Source: Actinomycetota bacterium
GTDB lineage: Bacteria; Actinomycetota; Thermoleophilia; Gaiellales; F1-60-MAGs149
Assembly (NCBI GenBank): GCA_009885805.1
Contig: VFJZ01000005.1
Coordinates: 74,999 to 138,998, forward strand
Direction: 5' to 3'
Length of the DNA: 64,000 nucleotides
Below, piece after piece: positions 49,707-60,109 of this stretch. The notes under the pieces are model-generated. The model was not told the origin of the DNA. It saw only the letters and a list, made by a program, of their open reading frames with translations, and did not search any database. Both the position numbers and the translations under genes were made by a program. How positions within the stretch are numbered: position 1 is the first letter of the stretch; every line of letters starts with the position of its first letter.

Positions 49707-52244
49707 TCACTCGTACTGCAGGGCGTGGAGGACGTCGAGCCTGGCCGCCCGCCGAGCCGGGAGAATCGCAGCGAGCACTCCACAGACGACGGCCGCGACG
49801 AGGAACAGCACGACCTGCACCACCGGCACGACGAAGCCGAGTCCGTCGATCGCCCGGGTCGCGAGGAAGCCGAAGACCATCCCGACCGCGACGCCGATGA
49901 CGGCGCCGATGATCGAGGTGATGACGCTCTCGTAGCGGACGATCCGGCGCAGCTGGCGACGGGTCGTGCCGACGGCGCGAAGCAGGCCGATCTCGCGGGT
50001 TCGCTCGTAGATCGCCAGCACGAGCGTGTTGACGAGCCCGAACAGGGAGATCACGACGCTGAAGGCGAGCAGGGCATACAGCAGCGCGAGGAACTGGTTC
50101 AGCTGACCCTCGAAGCGATCGAGGGCAGCGCGGTTCGACTCGGCACGAACCTGCGGATAGGCGGCGTCAACGGCAGCGGTGACAGCCTTTTCCGTGCTCG
50201 CCGCATCGATGCCTCCGGCGAAGCGGACGAACGCGATGCCGATCTCGGGTTTCTCGGCGATCGCCGCGTACGCGTCCCGGGAGACGATGAACGACTGGAA
50301 GAAGGTTGCGTCGGAGAAGACGCCCTGCACGGTGAACGTCGCGGAGCGTCCGGCCTGCGTGTCGACGGCGAAGGTCGACCCGATCGCCAGGGAGCGGGTC
50401 TGGGCCCAGTCCTTCTCAACGAGGGCGCCGTCCACGCCGAGCCGCGCCACGAGGCTGTCGTCGCCGGTGACCCAGTCGATCTTGTACGCCTCCGTCAGCT
50501 CGGGCCCGGCGGCCGCGAGCGTGTCCTCGGTGCCGTCCACACGGACTGGCGTCGCCTCGATCGCCACAACGGTCGAGACCCCCTCGACAGCGGCCGCGAC
50601 GTCGACGACGCCGGGCGGCATCGCGCCGAACGACTTGGACTGGATCAGCATCTCGGAGGTGAACGAGGTGCCGAGCGCGCTGCGGATCTGCTGCTTGAAG
50701 CCAGTCGTGAAGATCGCTGCCCAGGTGATCAGGGCGACCGTGATCATGAGCGCAGCGGCCGTGACGGCGGTGCGACCGGGGTTCCGCACGGAGTTCTCGG
50801 TCGCGATCTGTCCCGGCAGGCCTCGCAGTGGGCGGCCGACGAGCCGCGCGATCGGTGGGACGAGCCATCGCGATCCCATCGCGACCCCGACCATCGTCAC
50901 CAGCACGCCGGCACCCATCGCGAACAGCACCTGCTGCGCGGTGCCGTCGCCGAAGAAGCCGATCGAGGTCACGCCGACGCCGATCAGCACGAGCAGCGGA
51001 GCCAGCCACGGGACCAGTCGTCCCGAACGTGCGACGGGAAGCGCGGCGCCCTCACGCACGGCCGCGATCGGCGGTACGCGCGTCGCGCGCAGCCCGGGCG
51101 CGAGCGCGGCCGCCAGCGTGACGCCGACACCGACCGCGAGGCAGATCGCGACCGTTCGGGGGGCCACCGTGAGATTCGAGCTGGGCAGGCCGAACCCAAC
51201 CGCATCGAACAGCGCCAGGAGCACCGAGGCGAAGCCGAGGCCGGCGACGATGCCGACGGCGGTCGCGAGGAGGGAGACCACGACCGCCTCCGCCATGACG
51301 CTGCCGAGCACCTGGCGGCGCGTCGCGCCCAGCGTCCGCAACATCGCGAATTCACGAACGCGCTGCCCGATCGTCATCGAGAAGGCGTTGAAGATGATGA
51401 AGGCCGACACGAAGACCGCGACGCCGGCGAAGGCCAGCAGCGCCGGGCGCAGGAAGCTGTTGATCGAGCCGGAGATGCTCGCTGCCTCGGCGAGACCGCG
51501 TTCACGCCCGGTCTCGACGGTGAGGTCGGCCGGCAGGGCGGCGGCGATGCGGGACTTCAACACCTCACCCGCGACGCCGTCCTTCGCGGCCACGACGATC
51601 TCGTGGGCCTTGCCCTCGCTGCGGAACCACCGCTGCACGTCGGTCGTCTCGCCGAGCACTACCGTCGCTCCGCCGAAGTCTGCCTTCGACGTGAAGACAC
51701 CAACGATCGTGACGGGTTCGGCACCCGTGTCCGTCGCCATCTGCGCCGCATCGCCGACGCCGACGTCGCCGCGGTCGGCGACCGCTTTCAGAATCGCGAC
51801 CTCACCGGGCGCAGCGACCGGGCGGCCCTCGATGTAGGTGCCCGTATCGAATGGCGGTCCGGCGGAGTTGAAGACGAGCGGCGGGGCGCCGCCGGTCGCG
51901 CCCAGAAACTCGGGCTTGCCGTCCTTGACGACGATCAGTCCGCCCAGGCCCTGGACGACGGGCTGCGCGACCTCGACACCCTCGACGGCCCGCACCTGCT
52001 CGATCAGCGACTCGTCGAAGGGCACGATGTCGCCCGTCTCGTCACTCGAGAACGTCGCCGCCTTCGTCACGACGACGTCGGTCGTCGCCCTCGTCTCGAT
52101 GAAGATGTCCTCGAAGGCCGACCCGATCTGGTCGGTCAGCGCGAACGTGCCGGAGATCATCGCGACGCCGAGGACGATCGCGAGGGCGGTCAGGGTGCTT
52201 CGCAGCTTGCGGGCAAGCATCCCGCGCAGGGTCACGTGCCGCAC
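49707..52244 (-). CDS. MacB/FtsX-type ABC permease (paralog 1)
   Basis: Collinear with the neighbouring paralog from N- to C-terminus (...LDVLHALQYE). Confidence 0.92.
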   Translation of the reverse strand: MRHVTLRGMLARKLRSTLTALAIVLGVAMISGTFALTDQIGSAFEDIFIETRATTDVVVTKAATFSSDETGDIVPFDESLIEQVRAVEGVEVAQPVVQGLGGLIVVKDGKPEFLGATGGAPPLVFNSAGPPFDTGTYIEGRPVAAPGEVAILKAVADRGDVGVGDAAQMATDTGAEPVTIVGVFTSKADFGGATVVLGETTDVQRWFRSEGKAHEIVVAAKDGVAGEVLKSRIAAALPADLTVETGRERGLAEAASISGSINSFLRPALLAFAGVAVFVSAFIIFNAFSMTIGQRVREFAMLRTLGATRRQVLGSVMAEAVVVSLLATAVGIVAGLGFASVLLALFDAVGFGLPSSNLTVAPRTVAICLAVGVGVTLAAALAPGLRATRVPPIAAVREGAALPVARSGRLVPWLAPLLVLIGVGVTSIGFFGDGTAQQVLFAMGAGVLVTMVGVAMGSRWLVPPIARLVGRPLRGLPGQIATENSVRNPGRTAVTAAALMITVALITWAAIFTTGFKQQIRSALGTSFTSEMLIQSKSFGAMPPGVVDVAAAVEGVSTVVAIEATPVRVDGTEDTLAAAGPELTEAYKIDWVTGDDSLVARLGVDGALVEKDWAQTRSLAIGSTFAVDTQAGRSATFTVQGVFSDATFFQSFIVSRDAYAAIAEKPEIGIAFVRFAGGIDAASTEKAVTAAVDAAYPQVRAESNRAALDRFEGQLNQFLALLYALLAFSVVISLFGLVNTLVLAIYERTREIGLLRAVGTTRRQLRRIVRYESVITSIIGAVIGVAVGMVFGFLATRAIDGLGFVVPVVQVVLFLVAAVVCGVLAAILPARRAARLDVLHALQYE

Positions 52245-52246
52245 GA

Positions 52247-52998
<752 letters not shown>

Positions 52999-53069
52999 GC
53001 CCGCAGGGTACCGCCGGTCGACGGCACGGAACGTCGTCCGAGCGGCTGATCTGCCTCGTTCTTGCGGCT

Positions 53070-53164
53070 GATCAGCGGTACACGTACACCGTCTCGCCGA
53101 CGGGCGACTGGCGGTAGAGCCAGTCCGCCGCCCACATCGGGACGCGCGCGCAGCCGTGGCTGGC
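53070..53164 (-). repeat. Orphan duplicate of the L,D-transpeptidase 3' end
   Basis: 86/95 identical to 54372-54466 by manual count; encodes ASHGCARVPMWAADWLYRQSPVGETVYVYR*. Confidence 0.92.
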
Positions 53165-53224
53165 GATGCTGTTGTTGATGTGATACTCTTTACATGAACT
53201 ACTGAAATGGGGGGGGGGAGCACA

Positions 53225-53758
53225 ATGAAGATCCTTTCCAAGCGCAATGCCGTGGTCGTCGCGGTTGTCGTTGTCGGTTCCATCGCCGCGTTCGGGTCGG
53301 CACTCGCCTCGTCCGAGGACGAGGACGTCAAGGTCGATGCGTCGTGGGCGGTCGAGGCGGTGGCCACGCAGCGCGCAGCGGAAGAAAACCTGCCGCCGTC
53401 GCCGCCGGCCGCTGCGACGGCGGTGGGCGCGGAACTCGCGGCTCTCGAGGCGGCGAACGGGCACGCCGCGCCACCGCTTCTCCCGCCCACCGTTGACGAG
53501 AACGGCCTCGAGGTGAAAATCGGGAGCGCGCAGGAACCGCCGCGATTCGTTCCTGGCGGTGCGGTGCGTATCTACCCGGATACGCCCGAAGGTCTCAAGT
53601 ACGGCCTGACCGGAGCGCTTGAGGACCAGACGACGCTGCTCTGCAGGTATCCGAACGGCAACCTCGGGGGCATGGAGATCCTGCGGCGGGCAGGCGCGAC
53701 GGGTGACCCGTTCCCACCGCAGAACCCCAATGCCCGGAGTTGGGAGCGGCCATGCTGA
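53225..53758 (+). CDS. Secreted hypothetical protein (island cargo)
   Basis: Signal peptide MKILSKRNAVVVAVVVVGSIAAFGSALA; preceded by AT-rich DNA and a G10 tract. Confidence 0.65.
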   Translation: MKILSKRNAVVVAVVVVGSIAAFGSALASSEDEDVKVDASWAVEAVATQRAAEENLPPSPPAAATAVGAELAALEAANGHAAPPLLPPTVDENGLEVKIGSAQEPPRFVPGGAVRIYPDTPEGLKYGLTGALEDQTTLLCRYPNGNLGGMEILRRAGATGDPFPPQNPNARSWERPC

Positions 53759-54307
53759 GCTGCCGGCCTCGCCTCACGCTCTGCATGTTCGCACTGCTCG
53801 GACTATCACTATCGGCGCCTACGGCGTCGGCCATACACCCCGGGCCCGGTCACCTTGCAACCTTGGGGCTGGCTGTTCCGCGGGTCTACTTTGTCGACAC
53901 GACAGGCCCGAACTGGCCGGTCACGGCGGCGGCGCAGAAATGGAACGAATCGACTGCCGTCGGCGCCTATCGCGTGTCTGCCTGCCCGTCGACGTCCTAC
54001 TACTGCCTGCCCACCGTAGCCGTAAACCTGGGGACCTCTCCATGCGATGGCTCGATCGACGGCGTGTTCTTGTTCAACGTGTCGTCGGCGGGCCACTGGA
54101 TGCGTGACAGCCGGTTCAGACATCGTGTTCTGTAACGACACGCCGTCGGATCGCCGCCTGTCGACCGCGTGCCACGAGGAAGGCCACCCTCTCGGGCTAG
54201 GCCACAGAGGAAACGTCCTTGGCACCTGCATGAGGACTGGAACTATCTACCCGCAGTACCCGGACGCTCACGACTACGCACAGCTGGTGTCCGTCTACAA
54301 CCACTGA
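53752..54307 (+). pseudogene. Secreted matrixin/M10-like zinc metalloprotease, frameshifted near 54100
   Basis: Signal peptide and AAAQKWN in one frame; HEEGHPLGLGH, Met-turn TCM and PDAHD in another. Confidence 0.78.
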
Positions 54308-54315
54308 TCGTCCCC

Positions 54316-54358
54316 GTCGGTGGCGCGAACTCCCCCGGTGGGGGTTCGCGCCATCGAC
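54316..54358. terminator. Long hairpin between convergent genes
   Basis: GTCGGTGGCGCGAACTCCC-CCGGT-GGGGGTTCGCGCCATCGAC, 19-bp stem with two G-U pairs. Confidence 0.7.
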
Positions 54359-54373
54359 TGGGCGCTGCCTGGA

Positions 54374-55528
54374 TCAGCGGTAGACGTAGACGGTCTCGCC
54401 GACCGGGGACTGGCGGTACAGCCAGTCCGCCGCCCACATCGGAATCCGCGCGCAGCCGTGGCTGGCCGGGTAGGCGGGCACCGGCGCGAAGCCGTGGATG
54501 GCGAAGCTGTTCCCCTTGAACGTCAGCGTCCGGTAGAGGATCGCCGGCCCGAGCCACGTGCGGGTGCTCGGCGCCTTCCAGCGGATGCGGTGGCGGCCCT
54601 CGGGCGTGTTCCCCGTCGCGCCGGTCGAGGTCGGGATGACGTGCCGGACACGACCGTTCCTGACGACGAGCAGGACCTGCCGGGTCTTGTCGATCTCGAT
54701 GTGGAGACCGTGGCCCCGGAAGCGCGGCCGGATCCGTCGCGCGGTCTGCAGCTTGCGCCAGTCGTCCGCGTCGATCACGTAGGTGCGGGGCAGGCGGTAG
54801 GCCTTCTGGAAGGCGACGACCGCATCGGTCGCGTCGCGGGAAAGGATCGAGGCGATGCCCGGCGTGTGGAACCCGAGTTCCTCGAGTCGGCGCAGCAGGG
54901 CCCGCACGTCGGCGCCGCGCGAGCCGGCCGCGAGCCGGCGGCCAGCGGCGCGGAAGGAGCGGTGGACGGTGCGTGCGGCGAGCCCGTCGGACGCCGGCAC
55001 CTCGACCTCGGCTCGGAAGCGCTCGACGCCGGGGGCGGAGAGCCGTACCCGCGCCCGCCCGTCCCGGATCTGCACTCGCCGCGCCGCGAGACGGTTCGAG
55101 CCGCGCAACGTCCGCGCGATCACCTCGCCGGTCCAGGTCGAGGGCTGGATCTGGATGTGCAGCGTCGCGCCGAGGTACGCGTTCGCCTTCGTGATGCGCG
55201 TGATCACCCGCGGCACGACCACCAGTGCGGCCGGCGTGCTGACGGCGCCGTCCGCCAGTCGCGCCGTGACGGCGCCGCCGCGGCTCGCCTGGAACGTCGC
55301 GGCAAACGCCCCGGCCACATCGGTCATGGTCGTTCCGACGTCCGTCCCGTCAATCGCGATCGTCAGCGTGAGGCCGGCGACGGCTGGCTGGACCGCACCC
55401 GAGAGGTCGACGGGGCCGTGCCACTCGACCTCGGGCGCGGGCAGCGAGATCGAGATGGTCTCCCCGGCCGCGGAGGCGGCGGCCGGGAGTCCGAGCGTGA
55501 GGAGCAGGGCGATCAGGGTCCGTTGCAC
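54374..55528 (-). CDS. L,D-transpeptidase with peptidoglycan-binding domain
   Basis: Signal peptide; GSRGADV...AVVAFQK; IEIDKTRQVL, TPEG, AIHG...ASHGCAR. Confidence 0.9.
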   Translation of the reverse strand: MQRTLIALLLTLGLPAAASAAGETISISLPAPEVEWHGPVDLSGAVQPAVAGLTLTIAIDGTDVGTTMTDVAGAFAATFQASRGGAVTARLADGAVSTPAALVVVPRVITRITKANAYLGATLHIQIQPSTWTGEVIARTLRGSNRLAARRVQIRDGRARVRLSAPGVERFRAEVEVPASDGLAARTVHRSFRAAGRRLAAGSRGADVRALLRRLEELGFHTPGIASILSRDATDAVVAFQKAYRLPRTYVIDADDWRKLQTARRIRPRFRGHGLHIEIDKTRQVLLVVRNGRVRHVIPTSTGATGNTPEGRHRIRWKAPSTRTWLGPAILYRTLTFKGNSFAIHGFAPVPAYPASHGCARIPMWAADWLYRQSPVGETVYVYR

Positions 55529-55594
55529 GGTCACCAGATCGGCGAGAGGGGCCCTGGGGTTGAGCACGAGTGATCGGCGTGCTACACCGGCGGT

Positions 55595-56494
55595 ATGGAA
55601 CGCCCCATCGGCCTGATCGGCCTCGGCATGCTTGGCACCATTTTCGCCGGCCACCTCACACGCGACGGTCGCCGTGTGCTCGCCTACGACCAGGATCCAC
55701 AGCGGTCGCATCCGGACGTCGAGCGCGTCGCCGACGTCGCGGCGGTGGCGCGGTCGTGCAACGTGATCGTGCTCTCGCTCCCCGATCCGCCCGCGGTCGA
55801 TGCGGTGATGGCGGCGATCCTGGGCGCGGCCGGGCCGGGAATCGTTGTCGTCGACACGAGCACGATCGACCCGCCGACGGCACGTCGCTCGCACGCGGCG
55901 GCGGCCGCGGCGGGTATCGGCTACGTCGAGGCGCCGATCTCCGGCGGTGAACCGCTCGAGGGCGGTACCGACGGTGCCCGCGCCGCCTCGGTGACGTTCA
56001 TGGTCGGCGGCGAGGCCCACGATCTCGCGCTGGCCGAACCGGTCCTGCGTCTCCTCGGTCGCCACATCTTCCACCTCGGTCCGGCCGGCGCCGGCGCCGA
56101 GGTGAAGCTGATCTCCAACATGTGTTCGGGCGCATACGCGCTCGTGACCGCCGAGGCGTTCGCGGCTGGCGCCGCGCTCGGCATCGCCCCCGAACGGCTG
56201 GTCGAGGTCTTCCGGCACACCGACGCGAAGAGCTACTTCATGACCGACTACCTGCTCCCACGGCTCGTCGGCGACCGCTACGACGACGGCTTCGCCGTCC
56301 GGCTCCAGCTCAAGGACCACCGGTTGTTCGGAGCGATGGCCGACGAGCTCGGTCTGGCAACACCGGTCAACGATCTCGCGACGGCCGCGTACACCGAGGC
56401 GCTCGCGGCCGACGGCGACCGTGACGTCACCAGCGTCGTGGAGCGCGCGATCAGCCGGGCGCGGCCGTCGGCGGATCGAGATCGGCCGGCGTGA
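55595..56494 (+). CDS. Beta-hydroxyacid (3-hydroxyisobutyrate-type) dehydrogenase
   Basis: GLIGLGMLG, DTST, EAPISGG, VKLISN, LKD. Confidence 0.9.
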   Translation: MERPIGLIGLGMLGTIFAGHLTRDGRRVLAYDQDPQRSHPDVERVADVAAVARSCNVIVLSLPDPPAVDAVMAAILGAAGPGIVVVDTSTIDPPTARRSHAAAAAAGIGYVEAPISGGEPLEGGTDGARAASVTFMVGGEAHDLALAEPVLRLLGRHIFHLGPAGAGAEVKLISNMCSGAYALVTAEAFAAGAALGIAPERLVEVFRHTDAKSYFMTDYLLPRLVGDRYDDGFAVRLQLKDHRLFGAMADELGLATPVNDLATAAYTEALAADGDRDVTSVVERAISRARPSADRDRPA

Positions 56495-57170
56495 CCTCGG
56501 TCGTCACGGAGCGGGCGAGGACGGAGACACCGGGGACGGTCAGCTCCGTGATGAACCCCGAGCGCGAGACGCAGAGCCGCGACCCGGAGGTAGCGAGGCA
56601 CGAGACGGCGATCTCGCCGGCCTGCAGATCGGGGCCGACACCGACATCGGCCGTCTTCGCCGCCACGGGCGCGAAGCTGGCGACGACGAAATCGTTGCCG
56701 ACCAGCCGGGCGATCGCGTCGGCGATGCGCGACGCGCCGCCGTCGGGGTCGCCGTCGACGCATTCGGGCGCCTGACCGACGGGCGCGGTGCAGGTGTACG
56801 TGACGACGCGCCCGTTGAGATCGAGCCCGACCCACGTGTCGCCCTCGGCAAGCGACTGGTGGAGGCGCGCGCGGAGATCGTCACTGCCGATCTCGACGGT
56901 GTACGTCGCGGGCGGCTCGGCATCGCTGCCGGCGAGCGCGACGTCGTACGCAACGATCCCGGCGGGTCGTTGGGCGGCGAGCGCGAGCACGCCGGCGCCG
57001 GTCGTTGCCGGGAAGGCGACCTCCTCGCGCGCCTCCACCTCGCCCGCCGTCGCAGCAGCCGTCGGCGCGGCCGGCTCCGGGGCGGTGACAGCCGGCGCCG
57101 TCGCGCTGCCGCCGCCACAGCCGGCTGCGACGAGCAACGGCAGCGCAAGCAGGATCGCGGCGGCGCGCAC
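56451..57170 (-). CDS. Hypothetical lipoprotein
   Basis: Lipobox LVAAG-C; two Cys pairs; TAGGAT 6 nt upstream of the GTG. Confidence 0.75.
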   Translation of the reverse strand: MRAAAILLALPLLVAAGCGGGSATAPAVTAPEPAAPTAAATAGEVEAREEVAFPATTGAGVLALAAQRPAGIVAYDVALAGSDAEPPATYTVEIGSDDLRARLHQSLAEGDTWVGLDLNGRVVTYTCTAPVGQAPECVDGDPDGGASRIADAIARLVGNDFVVASFAPVAAKTADVGVGPDLQAGEIAVSCLATSGSRLCVSRSGFITELTVPGVSVLARSVTTEVTPADLDPPTAAPG

Positions 57171-57204
57171 GGCGGCATCCTACCGGGCTGTAGTCTTCGA
57201 ATCG

Positions 57205-58017
57205 TTGAGCGCCACCGTCCCCGACCTCGTCGCCGACCTCGCTGCGCTGCGGAGCCGCCCTGAGCTCGGGTCGACGATGTGGCGCCACCCGGCGCTCGTG
57301 CTGCGGGTGCTGCAGCCGGCCGTCGCATTCGCGCTGCGCGCGGCAGAGGGTCGCCGACGGGCCCTCGACGTCGGCGCCGGGTACGGCAGCGTCGCCCTGG
57401 AGCTGGCGCGCGCCGGCCACGAGGTCACGGCGATCGACGCCAACGCCCACGTCTGCACCGTCGCGCGGGCGACCCTGGCGAGCGTCGAGGCAACGGTGAT
57501 CGAGGCGGCGTTCGGCGACGACGGGCTCGCCGACGGGACGTTCGACGCGATCCGCTTCGGCCGCTCCCTGCACCACCTCGACGTCGATGCCGCCGCCGAA
57601 CGCGCGGCGCTGCTGCTCGCACCCGGCGGAGTCGTGATCGTCGACGAGTTCTGCGGGGAGCGGATCGACCGGGCGACGGCGACCTGGCTCGCGACGATCG
57701 GATCGTCCCTGGCGGCAGCCGGCGCGATCGACGCCTCCGCGATCGGCGACGCCGACCAGATCCTCGACGTCTGGGTCGGCAAGCGCGCCGGCCACGGCCT
57801 CGCAACCGGCGAGCAGATGTGGCGCGCACTCGAGGCGCGCTTCGTCCTCGACGAGCCGTTCTGGTACCCCTACCTCTGGAAAGAGGCGGCGAAGCACGTC
57901 GCCGACCCGTCGCTCGCCTCGCTGGTCGCGAAGCAGGTCGAGGCGGCCGAGGCGGCGCTGATCGCGGCCGGCACGATCCCCGGCGTCGCGTTCCGCGCCC
58001 GCGGCGTCGTGCGCTGA
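57205..58017 (+). CDS. Class I SAM-dependent methyltransferase
   Basis: ALDVGAGYG, VTAID, FDAI, SLHH, LAPGG. Confidence 0.87.
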   Translation: MSATVPDLVADLAALRSRPELGSTMWRHPALVLRVLQPAVAFALRAAEGRRRALDVGAGYGSVALELARAGHEVTAIDANAHVCTVARATLASVEATVIEAAFGDDGLADGTFDAIRFGRSLHHLDVDAAAERAALLLAPGGVVIVDEFCGERIDRATATWLATIGSSLAAAGAIDASAIGDADQILDVWVGKRAGHGLATGEQMWRALEARFVLDEPFWYPYLWKEAAKHVADPSLASLVAKQVEAAEAALIAAGTIPGVAFRARGVVR

Positions 58018-58023
58018 GCCGCT

Positions 58024-58911
58024 TCAGGCGCGGCCGAGACGACCGGGGTGCGCGCCGTAGGCGGCGATGAGCTCGGACGGGCCGGCGACCGTGCCCTCCG
58101 CAACGAGCCCGACCGACGCGGCGAGGGCGCCGACGACCGCCGCCGGCGTCGCACCGGCGTCGCGCAGGGAGGCGATCGTCTCCGCTCCGTGCCGCTTCGC
58201 GAGGCGCTCGCCGTCGAGGGCATAGAGAAGCGGCACGTGCGCGTACTGCGGCGGCGGCAGAGCGAGGAGACGGTGCAGCACGATCTGGCGGGGCGTCGAC
58301 GGCAACAGGTCGTCGCCGCGGAGGACGTGCGTCACGCCGGCCGCGCCGTCATCGACGACCACGGCGAGCTGATAGGCGTGCAGGCCGTCCGCCCGGCGCA
58401 CCACGAAGTCGCCGAGCGCCGCGACGTCGAGCTCGGTCGACCCGAGGACGAGGTCCTCGAACGCGACCGTCTCCGGCTCGACGCGGAGCCGAAGCGCCGG
58501 GCGGCGTCCGGCCGCCAGCCGCGCGGCCCACGCGGCGGCGGAGAGGTCCCGGCACGTCCCCGGGTACACCGGCTCGGGACCGTGCGGCGCCGAGGCGGCC
58601 CGCACCTCGGCGCGCGTGCAGAAGCACGGGTAGAGGCGCCCACCGGCGTCGAGGCGTCGGATCGCCTCGTCGTAGATCGCGCCCCGCTCGGACTGCCGCT
58701 GCTGCTCGCGATCCCAGTCGAGGCCCAGCCACTCGAGATCGACGCGGAGGGCGCTCTCGAACTCGGGCCGGCACCGATCGCGGTCGAGATCCTCGATCCG
58801 CAGGACGATCTCGCCGCCGACGGCGCGCGCCTGCAACCAGGCGAGGAGCGCGGTGCGCGCGTTGCCGCGGTGCATCCGTCCGGAGGGCGAGGGGGCGTAG
58901 CGTGCGAGCAT
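58024..58911 (-). CDS. gluQ: Glutamyl-Q tRNA(Asp) synthetase
   Basis: RYAPSPSG, HRGN, LRIEDLD, CFC...YPGTC, YQLAVVVDD, LAKR; no anticodon-binding domain. Confidence 0.92.
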   Translation of the reverse strand: MLARYAPSPSGRMHRGNARTALLAWLQARAVGGEIVLRIEDLDRDRCRPEFESALRVDLEWLGLDWDREQQRQSERGAIYDEAIRRLDAGGRLYPCFCTRAEVRAASAPHGPEPVYPGTCRDLSAAAWAARLAAGRRPALRLRVEPETVAFEDLVLGSTELDVAALGDFVVRRADGLHAYQLAVVVDDGAAGVTHVLRGDDLLPSTPRQIVLHRLLALPPPQYAHVPLLYALDGERLAKRHGAETIASLRDAGATPAAVVGALAASVGLVAEGTVAGPSELIAAYGAHPGRLGRA

Positions 58912-58920
58912 ACCGGCGGC

Positions 58921-59250
58921 ATGGTGTCGGACAGCCGCCCCGTCTACTCCACCGAGGGTGGCGATCTCCGCAAGACCGCCGGCGAACGGCGGCTGCCGGA
59001 GCGCGAGCCGCCGGGTGACGGGATCGTCCGCATCTTCCGGGAGAAGAGCCAGCGCGGCGGCAAGGTCGTGACGGTGATCCGCGGACTGCCGCGGTCAGAC
59101 CTCCGTGACGTCGCCTCCGACCTCAAGCGCCGCTGCGGCTCGGGTGGCGCCGTCAAGGACGACACGGTCGAGATCCAGGGCGACCACCGCGAGAAGATCG
59201 CGGCCCATCTCGCGTCGCTCGGCCATCGGGTCAAGCTCGCGGGCGGGTAG
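58921..59250 (+). CDS. SUI1/YciH family translation factor
   Basis: VYST, RGGKVVTVIRG, LKRRCGSGG, EIQGDHR, KLAGG. Confidence 0.92.
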   Translation: MVSDSRPVYSTEGGDLRKTAGERRLPEREPPGDGIVRIFREKSQRGGKVVTVIRGLPRSDLRDVASDLKRRCGSGGAVKDDTVEIQGDHREKIAAHLASLGHRVKLAGG

Positions 59251-60109
59251 CGGCACCACCCGGCGTTTCAGCGACGAACGTCGTCTCGCTGTACGGTTGG
59301 TAGCCGAGCGTCTCGTTCAGGTGGCGGATCGGCGCGTTCCGCAGCTCGTTCGAGGTGACGAGGAGCCGGAAGCCCGCATCGCGGGCGGCGGCGATCTGCG
59401 CCAGCTTCAGCGCTCGCGCGATGCCGCGCCCGCGGGCGGCGCGGGCGACGCCGGTCATGCCGTGGTCGCAGCGGTCGCCGGGTCCGGCGTGGAGGATCGC
59501 GTAGCCGACGACGACGTCTGCCTCCCTGGCGATGAACGTCAGCTCCGGCCGCCGCGCCGGGCGGCCGAGGTTGAGCGCGAACCACTCGTCGAACGTGCCC
59601 GGCCCGCGCGGCTCGTCGGCCGGGATGTCGAGGTCGGCCTCGAGCGCGACGCCGTACATCGCTCGCTCGAGGCCGGGGGCGTCAGCGCGGCGGACGATCG
59701 TCACGCCCGGCGGCGCCTCGGCCGGCGCCGGTCTGGCCGTGGCGAGGTCGAGCGCCACGTCCGCCTCGTGACCGACGACGACGAAGCTGCGCGCGAGCGC
59801 GAACGCGAGCCCCTCCTCCGACCGCGTCTCACCGACGAGCCGGGCGCCTGCGGCATGACGGCGGAGATCGTCGAGGAGGGCCGCTGCGAGGCCACGGCGG
59901 CGTGCGTCGGGATGGACGTGGATCGCCGCCTCGAACTCATCCGGGCCGGACGGCGCGGCGAACGCCCAGGCGACGATCCGCTCGTCCTCGTATCGGAGAA
60001 GATCGATACGACCAGCGGTCGTGCGCGCGAGGTGCAGAACGTCGTCGATGTCCCAGTCGTACAGGGGGTCGGTCAGCCGCGCGAGCGCGACGGCCGCCTC
60101 GAGGGTCAC
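59231..60109 (-). CDS. Tandem-domain GNAT acetyltransferase
   Basis: VHPDARRRGLA and TGVARAARGRGIARALK...NETLGY. Confidence 0.88.
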   Translation of the reverse strand: MTLEAAVALARLTDPLYDWDIDDVLHLARTTAGRIDLLRYEDERIVAWAFAAPSGPDEFEAAIHVHPDARRRGLAAALLDDLRRHAAGARLVGETRSEEGLAFALARSFVVVGHEADVALDLATARPAPAEAPPGVTIVRRADAPGLERAMYGVALEADLDIPADEPRGPGTFDEWFALNLGRPARRPELTFIAREADVVVGYAILHAGPGDRCDHGMTGVARAARGRGIARALKLAQIAAARDAGFRLLVTSNELRNAPIRHLNETLGYQPYSETTFVAETPGGAATRPRA

